From: Pirellulaceae bacterium
GTDB lineage: Bacteria; Planctomycetota; Planctomycetia; Pirellulales; Pirellulaceae
Assembly (NCBI GenBank): GCA_045105035.1
Contig: JBGCCZ010000134.1
Location: 153 to 64,152, forward strand
Length of the DNA stretch: 64,000 nucleotides
Direction: 5' to 3'
Shown: positions 1-9,611 of the stretch, piece after piece
Position numbering within the stretch: position 1 is the stretch's first letter
How the letters are laid out: every line of letters begins with the position of its first letter
Notes under the pieces: model-generated
Database searches by the model: none
The model's input: the letters and a program-made list of their open reading frames with translations, nothing else
Told to the model about the DNA's origin: nothing
Made by a program: the position numbers and the translations under genes

Positions 1-622
1 TCTGCGTCGATACTGTTGACTCACAGCCTGGCAAACCCGTCTTCAATCGCACCGTAACGTTGAAGGATTCCTGGGCCAAGATGCAGTCCAAAGGAAAGAC
101 CAATTAGCCATCGGCCAAGCTCAGCTTTCTTTCATATGCGCCGTGAGTCTCTGCGCATCGATTGAACTGTGTGGCAAACTCTCGCAGGTCTGATAATCAG
201 AAAGTATGTGCGGTTCATAAGCAACAACTTAGTCTTTGCTTGCCTAGAGATTCTGTAGAACGGTCGAGGAACCGCCTGCGGCTCCTACGTACACCTGCAG
301 CGTGGCAACCATCCGTTCGTCAGATAATTCGAAATTAAGTGCAGTTGTAATAGTTCGCACTTGGACTCTTTAGGCAGCGAGTCAGACTTGCTGGATTAAA
401 AAAGTTCTTTGTCAAAAAATACAATCCTTGTGCCCAAACGAAACTAACGTGCAATTGCCCTGGTACCTGAGATTGGCTTTGAAAATTCTGCGGACACAGC
501 ACGCTGCGGGGTGAGCGTCATATCACCAATGCCGGATCGATTGGATTTTTTCTTCGGTTGAACCCAAGTTTGTGGTGCCTTTGTGGAGTCGACGGTGGTT
601 TATGCCGACGTGCTTGGCGATC

Positions 623-1939
623 TCATGGTTTGGGGAGATCGAAGCGGAGGAGTCGGCTTTCTTCGAGGCCGTCGCTGACTCGCAGGTAAAGCTGGTTTCC
701 GGAGATGGCTGGAAGCGAGCGGTAGAGTCCTTCGGGGAGTAAGCTTCTGCCTAACTCGGTGTACTCCTCTGCCTGCGGATCGAAGACTACCAACTGGCCC
801 TGCAAGGTGAGGGCGAGTGCGGAGTTCTCGGTGGCGATGAGGTGGGAGGTACCGAAGTCGACTGGCGTCTTCCAGATGGTGGTTTGTTTCACTGGATCGA
901 ACGCAGCTAGGCTCGCGTCGCCCGTGTCCTCGCGGCCATCAATTCCAATCATTCGGTCGCCAATGCGAATCGGCGTGTTGTACTGACTTCGCATCAAGCG
1001 GCGATCTTGGTAGCGGCTTGTAAGTTTTCCTCCGTCAATGTCGAGCAAAACCGATCCGATGCCGTAGCTTGCGGTTAAGAAGAACGACTTTTGTGAATCG
1101 TCGATGGCGATCGGTGTGGCGGCGTTCACTGTCGGGCCTCGCCGACCAAAAGGCACTTCGCCGAGCACTTTACCATTGCTGGAATCGATGAGCACCGTGT
1201 TGTACCGCATGACGCAAAGCAACTTGGGGCTTTCGTTGGGAGCGTTGCTATTGGTGATAATTGGCGACGCGTAGCTGGCTTCGTAATCCGTGGCGGTCCA
1301 GGCGTCTTTTCCATCGGCCAGGTTTAGGGCGACGATTCCGCCGGCCTTACCGCCAACGCAGATAACGGCTTTGTCGCTAACGATGATGGGTGAGCTACCG
1401 GCGCCGAAGTAGCCGTCTCTGGCTTGAAACTCTTTTCGGAGCGGTCTCTGCCAAATGATTTTGCCTTGGTTGATATCGACGCAAACTGCATCACCGGCGG
1501 CGCCGTAGCAGACTGCGAGATTGTCTTTGACTGCGGGCACACAGCGTGGGCCGCTATCTGGATTTACGGTTCCTCGGTAACTGGCTGCCCAGGAGACCTT
1601 CCAAAGGGATCGCCCGTTTTTTGAATCAAGAGCTTGGAGCATCTCCTGATTTCCAACTCGGTGGGGCACCAGGATCTTCTCCCCGACGATGGCGGCTCCT
1701 GCAAATCCGCTTCCCAAGCCGACTTCCCAGTTCGGTTTTAGTTCCGATGGCCAGGATTCGGTCTTCAGTTGAGTCGACTTGGCTTGTCCATCTTGTGTGG
1801 GGCCTAAAATGCCAGGCCAATCTTGGGCAGGAGTAACTTCAAGCGGTATGAGCAGGAGAGCGACGAGCAAACCAAGTCCTAGGCTTCGGCAAGATCTCAA
1901 GAACGGAGTCTTGCGGCTGGCAAAAATGGTTGTGTGCAT
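623..1939 (-). CDS. PQQ-like beta-propeller repeat protein (BamB-like), secreted
   Basis: Hydrophobic signal peptide then 'QDWPGILGP', with repeated 'A(L)D...G...W' blades, typical of planctomycete PQQ-repeat proteins. The ORF extends to 1978; ATG 1939 is the more likely start. Confidence 0.85.
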   Translation of the reverse strand: MHTTIFASRKTPFLRSCRSLGLGLLVALLLIPLEVTPAQDWPGILGPTQDGQAKSTQLKTESWPSELKPNWEVGLGSGFAGAAIVGEKILVPHRVGNQEMLQALDSKNGRSLWKVSWAASYRGTVNPDSGPRCVPAVKDNLAVCYGAAGDAVCVDINQGKIIWQRPLRKEFQARDGYFGAGSSPIIVSDKAVICVGGKAGGIVALNLADGKDAWTATDYEASYASPIITNSNAPNESPKLLCVMRYNTVLIDSSNGKVLGEVPFGRRGPTVNAATPIAIDDSQKSFFLTASYGIGSVLLDIDGGKLTSRYQDRRLMRSQYNTPIRIGDRMIGIDGREDTGDASLAAFDPVKQTTIWKTPVDFGTSHLIATENSALALTLQGQLVVFDPQAEEYTELGRSLLPEGLYRSLPAISGNQLYLRVSDGLEESRLLRFDLPKP

Positions 1940-2111
1940 GTTCAATGTACTCCTGTTTAGAAACCGCAGCTCTTCCATCGTCGAGCCAGCTAGAACAGGT
2001 ACAACGTGTACGTTCTGACTTCGACGCTCGTCATTCTAGGTGCTGAGCTAGTGGAAGAGGCGGTCGGAGTGTGCTGCGTGGGCGGTCATTTTATATTTAG
2101 CGAGTGCATAA

Positions 2112-3365
2112 GTGCCAAAGTGGGTTCGACTCTGGGGAAAGAAACGCGGATCGCGAATGAGCGGTTGGTGGGTCGTGGGCAGTGTCGGTGAGGCTGCATT
2201 TTTCGGTGCCTTGTTTCTGCTCGGTATCGTTTCCTTTACGACCGTCGTGACTTCGCAAGTCTTTTGGCCTGACGACACCGTCTTCAAGCCTGGTCTGGGG
2301 TTCTGGCTGATGGTGATCGCGTCCGTGTCCTTCATGGTGATCGGGCTGTCTGCGTTTATTCTTCAGGTTTCGAGTACGTTGGCTTCGCCGGAAATGCGTT
2401 CCGCGATGGCGCGGAAGGTCAAGGAAGATCACCTCCGGCGTTCTGCGGGAGGTAGCAATATTCCGGAAGACTCAAATCTTCCGGAGTTGCAGCCGCTGAT
2501 GGATAGTCCGGGAGTTAAATTGGCTTACCGCCTGGCAGCACAGCGGGGAGAAAGAACGCCCTTGATCTTGAGCACGTTGTTTGCGACGACGTGGAATGCG
2601 ATGGTGGCAGCGTTCTTCGCAGTGACTCTGCAGCAGTTCCTGAGCGGCGGTCCGGTGCTTTTCATGGCCGTCCTGCTGGTGGCCTTTCTTGTTGCTTCGG
2701 TGATTTCAACCCGTTGGTTTTTTGGCCTTTTTCTACAAAGGCTTGGAATTGGTCCGACGGCTATAGAAATCGACATCCTTCCTTTGTTACCCGGCGGCGA
2801 CTATCGGCTCTACCTCTGCCAATACGGAAGAGTCCGTTTTCAACGCTTGGATCTTTGTTTGGTAGCTTATGAGGAGGCGACCTATCAGCAAGGGACAGAT
2901 GTGAGGACGGAATCGCGTGAGACGATGCGCGTGCCCATTCACGTGACGCAGCTCTTCGAGGCGGGCGAAGGTAGATTGGTTCACCGACAAGTGGGAGATC
3001 GGGCAAACGAGCGGCAAGATGATAAGGCGGAGTACGATTCCGGGGCGGGGACAGGCCTCTCGCAGGATGAGCAACCGGAGGAATGTCGCGACAGTACAGA
3101 CGAAAAATCAATGGAATCTGAAGCCGCCAGCATGACTGGAAATTCTGATGAAACTCGTGGCAAAGGTGGTCTACGACTCGTCGCCGAGCCGGAAAAGCCT
3201 TTAGAATTGGATTGCTTTGTTAGCCTACCTACGGATATCATGCATTCGTTCCATTCACAGCATAACGCAGTGACTTGGAAGGTCGTCGTTGAAGGGGAGT
3301 GTGCCAAGTGGCCCGCGTTTTGCCGAAAATTTCCAGTCGCCGTGTACCCCCGAAGCGCGGTGTAG
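2112..3365 (+). CDS. Planctomycete-type membrane protein (about 4 TM segments) with a C-terminal beta-rich domain
   Basis: 417-aa ORF with hydrophobic segments near residues 20-50, 62-86 and 150-205. Beta-rich C-terminus 'LPTDIMHSF...VTWKVVVEGE...FPVAVYP'. Confidence 0.75.
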   Translation: MPKWVRLWGKKRGSRMSGWWVVGSVGEAAFFGALFLLGIVSFTTVVTSQVFWPDDTVFKPGLGFWLMVIASVSFMVIGLSAFILQVSSTLASPEMRSAMARKVKEDHLRRSAGGSNIPEDSNLPELQPLMDSPGVKLAYRLAAQRGERTPLILSTLFATTWNAMVAAFFAVTLQQFLSGGPVLFMAVLLVAFLVASVISTRWFFGLFLQRLGIGPTAIEIDILPLLPGGDYRLYLCQYGRVRFQRLDLCLVAYEEATYQQGTDVRTESRETMRVPIHVTQLFEAGEGRLVHRQVGDRANERQDDKAEYDSGAGTGLSQDEQPEECRDSTDEKSMESEAASMTGNSDETRGKGGLRLVAEPEKPLELDCFVSLPTDIMHSFHSQHNAVTWKVVVEGECAKWPAFCRKFPVAVYPRSAV

Positions 3366-3760
3366 GGCAGCGTAGTGAGCCGGCGCTTGGGTTACGACTG
3401 CTGGGTTTGCAGCCAAGGCTGGAGCCACACGAGCTTTTTGAGTTCGAATACCGAGTGCGTCGGGTAAAGGCCGAAGCCGTCGATCGCGTTGAGATTTCGG
3501 TCGCTTGGCAAACAGAAGGTAAGGGTTCGGAAGACATGGGGGTTCACCTCTTCCGAAGCCTGAGCGGTGACGACGCGGGGAAAATTCTAGACGGACGACC
3601 GCAAGTAGTTGTCACAACGCTTCCCGGCAGTCCACTTAGCTACTCCGGTCAGATTTTGTCGATCAAGTGGTGTGTGCGGCTCCGCGTCTATTTGCAAGAT
3701 GGGCGAGAGTTCACTTGTGAAAAGCCCTTTGAGCTCGGGCACCTGAGTTTTGAAGTCTGA
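3299..3760 (+). CDS. Hypothetical beta-sandwich protein (possibly arrestin/SpoOM-like); start uncertain
   Basis: Motifs 'ISVAWQTEGKGSEDMGV' and 'LPGSPLSYSGQILSIKW'. Overlaps both neighbours as in an operon. Confidence 0.7.
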   Translation: MCQVARVLPKISSRRVPPKRGVGQRSEPALGLRLLGLQPRLEPHELFEFEYRVRRVKAEAVDRVEISVAWQTEGKGSEDMGVHLFRSLSGDDAGKILDGRPQVVVTTLPGSPLSYSGQILSIKWCVRLRVYLQDGREFTCEKPFELGHLSFEV

Positions 3761-4460
3761 GGACGTGAAGTCCAATCCGTTCGCAACGCGTCACGTACGA
3801 CCAGGCCAAATCCCCTGGGTCGGCGACCGACAACACTCTTTAGATTCCATTGTTTCAAGCTGGGAATCACGCGGCAGTCGAATGGGTGCGATCATCGGAC
3901 CGCACGGAACTGGTAAGTCAACGCTGCTGAGTCATCTTGTTCCTAGGTGTTTCTCGGGACCTATCCTCAGCGCCGCTTCATCGTCCAGTGAGTCCGAGGC
4001 TTCGGTCGCCTGGGTTCAGCTTCGTCGCGGGCAAAATGTCGGTTTCTGTAGCTTGCCGCCGATTTTGCGGGAGCCTGGAATTTGCGATTGGATTCTCGAT
4101 GGGTTCGAACAACTATGGTTACATCAGAAACTCTATGTCCATTGGCGACAGTGGATGCGTGGTGGAAAATTGCTAATTACGGCACACCGTCGGCAGCCGG
4201 GCGTACCGGTGATCTACCGCACTGAGTCGTCGCCCGAATTGGCGCGGGATCTGGTGAGTAAGCTTCTGCAGGCCTCGCTCGCAGAGAAAGCATTCGAGTT
4301 CCAGCCGGAGTCGATCGTTGAGTTGGAAGCGCTGGTGTTTGAGAGTTGGCGACGGCATGGCGGGAATATTCGAGAGGTTTTCATGGACTTGTACGATCGC
4401 GTCGGGAATGGATCTAAACTGAGGATCCAACAAGGTGACACGGGACGGATCGGCACGTAG
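3750..4460 (+). CDS. Small P-loop NTPase (AAA+-like)
   Basis: Walker A GPHGTGKST, Walker B WILDG, C-terminal 'GGNIRE' sensor-2-like motif. Confidence 0.8.
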   Translation: MKSEDVKSNPFATRHVRPGQIPWVGDRQHSLDSIVSSWESRGSRMGAIIGPHGTGKSTLLSHLVPRCFSGPILSAASSSSESEASVAWVQLRRGQNVGFCSLPPILREPGICDWILDGFEQLWLHQKLYVHWRQWMRGGKLLITAHRRQPGVPVIYRTESSPELARDLVSKLLQASLAEKAFEFQPESIVELEALVFESWRRHGGNIREVFMDLYDRVGNGSKLRIQQGDTGRIGT

Positions 4461-4536
4461 TGTCAATCGGCAGCTTGATACAATTCGACATTCACCGCTC
4501 TTCAACAACCTATTGCTTACCAACGAAAGAAATTGT

Positions 4537-5220
4537 GTGGCAGCTCGACTGACAGTCGTCGTTTCTCAATCGACCAATCAAGGCTCCGCCATCTCCGATA
4601 TGGAGGAGACACTGGTTGCAGAGTTGATGCTCAGCCCGGGCCTTGATGCAACGATGGTTGGGCCGCTGGAACGGATTGAAGCCGACGATACAGATTATCT
4701 TTGCTTGAGTAGCTATCAGTACAATTTCGCGTTGGTCTCGACGCTAGACGCGCCGGCCGTTCAACAGGCTTGGGACCGACTCGGGTTGAGCGGAACCATA
4801 GTCGATTTAGGCTTGGCCGACGGGGCTAACAGCTCGTCAGCCCAGTCGGATGTAGTTGAAGGTAAACGCATTCTGTATCTACGGCTGAACCCAAACGCGA
4901 CAGTCGGTAGCGTGGTGACGCAGTTGCAAGAGTTGTTGGCGGCTCGAAACGTCAAGCCCGTTAGCATCGGAGGTCTTGCGAAAACGCCCATTCCGAAGCG
5001 TCAGTCGATCTCGGAACCTGCATTGGCCGATCTCCAGCAACCGAATTCGGAGAGCAAACTGGAGGACGGCAAGTCGGTTCGTTCTGGCCAACCCGAAGCT
5101 GTTCCGGAAAAAGCACCCATCGTTGCGTCTGTAGAAGTCGATTCTGCAGAAGTCGACGACGATGAGGAATGGTCACACTTGGACCAGCTGGTCGATGATT
5201 TGGATGATCTTGATCTTTGA
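4537..5220 (+). CDS. Hypothetical protein with acidic C-terminal tail
   Basis: The ORF spans 4435-5220; GTG 4537 ('(M)AARLTVVVSQ') is the likely start. Ends 'LDQLVDDLDDLDL'. Confidence 0.7.
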   Translation: MAARLTVVVSQSTNQGSAISDMEETLVAELMLSPGLDATMVGPLERIEADDTDYLCLSSYQYNFALVSTLDAPAVQQAWDRLGLSGTIVDLGLADGANSSSAQSDVVEGKRILYLRLNPNATVGSVVTQLQELLAARNVKPVSIGGLAKTPIPKRQSISEPALADLQQPNSESKLEDGKSVRSGQPEAVPEKAPIVASVEVDSAEVDDDEEWSHLDQLVDDLDDLDL

Positions 5221-5235
5221 GTGAGGAGATCACGC

Positions 5236-5979
5236 GTGGATGAGTCGAACAGAGGAGAGGTTAGGTCGGACTCCAACCAGGAAGCTGGCTCACAGTGGAT
5301 TGCCTATGAGCTGCATGACGGCTTGTTGCAGTGGATTCTTGGAGCACGAATGCAGTTGGACGGAATCGCTCGGCAACTGGAAGGAATTGAAGAGGTTCCT
5401 TCGCGTGCTCGGGTGCAATTCGAGGTAACGCGTAAGATGCTTGAGTCGGCAGCCGAGGAGGGAAGGCACTTGATCGGCTTCTTGGAGGCCGGTGCAGGGG
5501 CGGTAATGTCAGCTGAGACCGCCGCAGACGCGAATTCCAACTCTGGACTCGTTCCAGAACTGCAGGCGTTTATCGATCGTTCGGAGTCGCGGCTTGCGGG
5601 GCAGGCACGGCTTGCAGATGAATCGGGGGGCATCCAGTTGCAATGCGAAAGCCAAGCCTGGATGCGGCTCGCTCCACGTGCGCAGTGGAATATTCTGCGG
5701 ATGCTACAGCAGGCTATTTCCAACGCGGTGCAGCACGCAGGACAATGTGAAATTGTGGTTCGCATTCAAGACGAGGAATCCGAGGGAGAGGTTTCTCGCC
5801 TAGTCTTCGTCGTAGCGGACACTGGGGTCGGCTTTGACCCGGATCAAGCCGTCTCCAACCACTTTGGCATCAAAGGCATGCGCCATCGTGCGCGGCTCAT
5901 CGACGCTTCCATCGAACTGCATTCAGCGCGGAATGAGGGTACTGAGGTTCGTATTTCGATTCCCGTGCCTTCGCCGTAG
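5236..5979 (+). CDS. Soluble HisKA_3 (NarX/UhpB-type) histidine kinase without a sensor domain
   Basis: H-box 'IAYELHDGLLQ', N-box 'QAISNAVQHA', G1 'DTGVGFD', G2 'HFGIKGM'. SD GAGGAG at 5223 precedes GTG 5236. Confidence 0.85.
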   Translation: MDESNRGEVRSDSNQEAGSQWIAYELHDGLLQWILGARMQLDGIARQLEGIEEVPSRARVQFEVTRKMLESAAEEGRHLIGFLEAGAGAVMSAETAADANSNSGLVPELQAFIDRSESRLAGQARLADESGGIQLQCESQAWMRLAPRAQWNILRMLQQAISNAVQHAGQCEIVVRIQDEESEGEVSRLVFVVADTGVGFDPDQAVSNHFGIKGMRHRARLIDASIELHSARNEGTEVRISIPVPSP

Positions 5980-6013
5980 AGAACTCAATGCATCCGCTTT
6001 TTCTTTGCGCTGC

Positions 6014-6256
6014 TTAAGTCTTGGCTTCGGTTCCCATGTCTTTCAGGGATTTGCCGAGCCGCTTGCGGCTGCCGGACTGTTTGGTTTTCCCTGGCAAAGA
6101 TTTTGGCGGCGACGCGTTTCGATCGAGTTGCAGGAATCCCGAGACGCTGGGGTGCAATTCTTGTTGCTCTGGAGTGCCCAGTTGTTCAACGGCATCGCTC
6201 ACGCCCAAGAGCACTGATTGGCGAACACCATCGCGAAGCCAAGAAAAGAAGTTCAT
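6014..6256 (-). CDS. Small conserved planctomycete hypothetical protein (~80 aa)
   Basis: 'MNFFSWLRDGVRQSVLLGVSDAVEQLG...RKRLGKSLKD'. ATG 6256 lies within ORF 6014-6406. Confidence 0.7.
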   Translation of the reverse strand: MNFFSWLRDGVRQSVLLGVSDAVEQLGTPEQQELHPSVSGFLQLDRNASPPKSLPGKTKQSGSRKRLGKSLKDMGTEAKT

Positions 6257-6615
6257 TCCGTTCATTTCATCATCCCGATTACTAGACATTGGTAGGCGTG
6301 GGGCGACGCACGCTGCGACTACGCACCCGTTTCTTTTAGCGAACCGGGCGCGCAGGGGTACAGATCGTTTTATTGCAAGCGAAGGGAGCGCGAGGTCCAA
6401 CGCCAATCACTTTTTCAGTTTGGGCAGGATAGTAGCCCGGCTGTCCCAGCCGGCACCCAGCATATTCTCGACTCTGAGATCCGAACTACTTTGTATAGCT
6501 TGAAAAACTGATTGACCCTGTTAGAAGATCTTGGGGAGTTCGGTCGACAGTGCCAGAACCTGCAAGACTGCAGGTTTGTATGGAACTTAGAGAACCTCGA
6601 AACCCGCAACTTTGA

Positions 6616-6891
6616 CTAACGAGGGTTGGGCGACCGGTGAGGGCGGAAGTAGCCGATTTTCTCCAGGGCCCCGTAGACTTCCTCAAGTGTCTTTTCGCCA
6701 AAGTTGGAAATGCTCAGCAAATCCTTTGGTGTGCTCTGCAGCAGGTCGCGGACTGAGAATATGCCTTTCTCTTCAAGGCAATTTGTAGTTCGAACGGTTA
6801 AGCCAATTTCCGCGGTACTCAACTCAAGCTGCTCTCGCTTGATTCGAGCTTCTTCTTCTACTTGGCTAACAGGAATCCGTGTTCGCGCCAT
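6616..6891 (-). CDS. Stand-alone RNA polymerase alpha-subunit C-terminal domain protein
   Basis: 'GLTVRTTNCLEEKGIFSVRDLL...LLSISNFGEKTLEEV' aligns to the alpha-CTD (E. coli LELTVRSANCL...PNLGKKSLTEI). SD GAAGGAG upstream. No alpha-NTD. Confidence 0.9.
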   Translation of the reverse strand: MARTRIPVSQVEEEARIKREQLELSTAEIGLTVRTTNCLEEKGIFSVRDLLQSTPKDLLSISNFGEKTLEEVYGALEKIGYFRPHRSPNPR

Positions 6892-7112
6892 TGAGTTGCT
6901 CCTTCAATCCTTTGATACGGCGTAAATTCCCCGGCTCGTTCCGGAGACTTCCGATTCGAAGTATAACGAAGGATTGGATATCCTCCAATTACCGGACATA
7001 TCTCTAGCTTGCTAGCATTAGATAGCCGCGCATTCGCGGGCTACTCGAAGACGCCTCTAGCCACCGCCCTTCATTTAAATTTCTACAGAGTGCTAAGGAG
7101 AAGCCCTCAGCC

Positions 7113-9503
7113 ATGCCGCGCAACGACTTGCTCACAGGACTGAACGACTCTCAAGTTGCCGCGGTAACACACGTCGATGGACCGTTGATGGTTTTGGCCG
7201 GTCCTGGTAGCGGCAAGACGCGGGTGGTGACACATCGAATCGCTTATTTGATTGAATCTGGCGTTGATCCACGGAATCTGGTTGCCCTCACCTTTACGAA
7301 CAAAGCTGCTCAAGAGATGCGGCGTAGGGTGGAGCAGTTGGTTGGCGAGGCGAATCTATGGATGGGGACCTTTCATGGCTTTTGTGTAAGGCTGCTGCGA
7401 CGTTACGCAAGGCTGGTGGGGCTGCCGGAGAATTTTAGTATTTACGACACGTCGGATGCAGAGTCCGTTCTGAAAGTTGCCATTCAGAAAGCTTCGTTCG
7501 AGTTGACCCATCAATCACTCGGTTCTTTGGCAAATCGGATCAGCTACTTCAAGAATCGATTGGTGACGCCAGAGATTCTTGAATCGGAGGCTCTTTCTAG
7601 TGAAGAACACGCGGTTCAGGCGGTTTATCCGTACTATCAACGCGAGTTGCTCAGCAATGGTGCCGTCGACTTTGACGATATTCTGATGCACACCGCGATG
7701 CTGCTGCGTTCGAATCCGGAATTGCGAAGCGACTGGGATCAGCGGCTTCGGTATGTGATGGTGGACGAGTATCAAGACACCAATTTAGCTCAGTACGTCA
7801 TTGTGCGTCATTTGAGTGTTGACTTGCCCAACTTGGCAGCGACGGGAGATCCGGATCAGTCGATTTATGGGTGGCGTGGTGCCAATTCGAAAAACGTGTC
7901 GAACTTTGAACGCGATTACCCCGGGTTGCGCGTTGTTCGGCTCGAAGATAATTACCGCAGTTCGCCGCAAATTCTGGCAGTCGCGGATCATCTGATTCAG
8001 CACAATGCTTACCGCAAAGAGAAGCATCTCATTCCGACTCGAGGCGAAGGGGCCGAAGTTCGGATGACAATCTACGAGTCCGCGCGGCAGGAGGCAGAAG
8101 ATATCGCGGAGGAAGTTGCCGCATGTCACGAGCGAGGTGAACCGCTAAGCGATTTTGCAGTGCTCTATCGAACGAACGCACAGTCGCGATTGTTTGAGCA
8201 TGCTTTGATGCGAAGGCAATTGCCCTTTCAATTGATCGGTGGCTACCGGTTTTACATGCGGAAGGAGATCAAGGATCTCGTGTCGTACTTGTTGTTATTG
8301 CACAATCCCGAGGACGATGTTGCGCTGATGCGTTCCATTAATTCTCCGCCTAGGGGTATCGGCAAGCAGACTCTCAGTAAGATTCAAGCTTATGCGACAC
8401 AGCAGGGTCTACCTATGTTGGCGGCGTGCAAGGATTGTGCGGAACATGGACTTTTGTCGAAACGCGCCGCGACTGCAGTGAAGAAGTATGTTGGCATCTA
8501 TGAACAACTCCGAACCCTGATTCATGGGCCTCTCACAGACTTGTTGGAATCGACTATCGAACTCACGAAGTACCGTGCTCACCTTGCCAAGCAGAAAGCG
8601 GGCGACGATGAGAGTGATGTTGCTGAGAATTTAGATGAACTGTTGGCTGAGGCGTACGAGATTGACCACGCCGTGGACGCGGTAGTCGGCGTGGATCAAG
8701 AGCAGAGTGCTCTTGAGAAGTTCCTCGAGTTTGCGGCGCTTCAGTCGGAGTCGGATCGGTTCGATGGACAGCAAGACCAAATGACGCTGATGACGCTGCA
8801 TGCCGCCAAGGGCTTGGAGTTTCCGCACGTCTACATTGCGGCTGTTGAGGAAAACATCCTGCCGCATTCACGCAGCAAAGAAGACCCAATGCAGCTCGAA
8901 GAGGAGCGACGTTTGTTCTTTGTTGGGATTACCCGAGCCGAAAATCACCTGCAAATTAGCTACGCGAAGCGACGTGGCTTCTCCGCGGGGCAAGGCTCTG
9001 GAGTGCCCAGTTCCTTTCTGATGGAACTGCCTCGTGGTGAGCTTAAGGTCATCGATAAGACCGCCGCTCGTGGCGGATATTTTGGCGATGGTGAATTTGC
9101 GGATTCCAGTCAGCAATCTTGGGGCGGTGATTGGGACGAGTTTAGCCAAGTGGACGAATCGCAGGCCCAAGATGAGAATTTTGATTCGTCGGTCGACTTC
9201 GAAATCTCTCAGTTGTCACCGGAGGAGATGCAGAGTCGAGCACAGAAGCAGAAAGTCCTGAGTGCGATGCCAGCCCTACGAGTGGCGAGCGACTTGCTGA
9301 ATGCCGAGCCTGAGGCCGAAGCGAACCGGATTGCAGATGTTGGGTCATGGGTTGAGCACGAGAAATTCGGCTTGGGGCAGATCACTGCTTGTGAAGGACG
9401 TGGACCCAAGCGGTCGGCAACGATCCGTTTTGTGAGCGACAATTCGAGCCGCACATTTCGTTTGTCGTTTGCAAAACTACTACCCGCGGAGCCTCCTCGG
9501 TAG
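7113..9503 (+). CDS. pcrA: ATP-dependent DNA helicase UvrD/PcrA
   Basis: AGPGSGKT, LTFTNKAA, VDEYQDTN, GDPDQSIY, TLHAAKGLEF, EERRLFFVGITRA. C-terminal Tudor-like 'VEHEKFGLG'. Confidence 0.95.
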   Translation: MPRNDLLTGLNDSQVAAVTHVDGPLMVLAGPGSGKTRVVTHRIAYLIESGVDPRNLVALTFTNKAAQEMRRRVEQLVGEANLWMGTFHGFCVRLLRRYARLVGLPENFSIYDTSDAESVLKVAIQKASFELTHQSLGSLANRISYFKNRLVTPEILESEALSSEEHAVQAVYPYYQRELLSNGAVDFDDILMHTAMLLRSNPELRSDWDQRLRYVMVDEYQDTNLAQYVIVRHLSVDLPNLAATGDPDQSIYGWRGANSKNVSNFERDYPGLRVVRLEDNYRSSPQILAVADHLIQHNAYRKEKHLIPTRGEGAEVRMTIYESARQEAEDIAEEVAACHERGEPLSDFAVLYRTNAQSRLFEHALMRRQLPFQLIGGYRFYMRKEIKDLVSYLLLLHNPEDDVALMRSINSPPRGIGKQTLSKIQAYATQQGLPMLAACKDCAEHGLLSKRAATAVKKYVGIYEQLRTLIHGPLTDLLESTIELTKYRAHLAKQKAGDDESDVAENLDELLAEAYEIDHAVDAVVGVDQEQSALEKFLEFAALQSESDRFDGQQDQMTLMTLHAAKGLEFPHVYIAAVEENILPHSRSKEDPMQLEEERRLFFVGITRAENHLQISYAKRRGFSAGQGSGVPSSFLMELPRGELKVIDKTAARGGYFGDGEFADSSQQSWGGDWDEFSQVDESQAQDENFDSSVDFEISQLSPEEMQSRAQKQKVLSAMPALRVASDLLNAEPEAEANRIADVGSWVEHEKFGLGQITACEGRGPKRSATIRFVSDNSSRTFRLSFAKLLPAEPPR

Positions 9504-9611
9504 CGGTCTAACTTGGCTGGTTTGGTAACCAACACGACTTTGAGCTAGCGGCCGCAAACGGTTCGATAGCCTGGCTTTTTCACAATTTTTTGACTGAAGA
9601 CTGCGAATCGA

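Noticed and set aside
1-622. Long non-coding stretch that might hold an ncRNA, riboswitch or gene start
   Set aside because: Minus-strand frames near the edge all hit stops. No recognisable riboswitch or tRNA consensus. A sigma-54-like GGCAC-N5-TTGT on the minus strand (~420-436) misses the conserved -12 GC.
5218-5238. ORF 4435-5220 and the kinase are in the same frame separated by one TGA (possible readthrough or selenocysteine fusion)
   Set aside because: A good SD (GAGGAG) and GTG at 5236 explain independent initiation. The upstream protein ends in a natural-looking acidic tail, and I see no SECIS-like hairpin.
7088-7096. GAGTGCTAA, a CIRCE half-site upstream of pcrA
   Set aside because: The matching TTAGCACTC half-site 9 nt upstream is absent.
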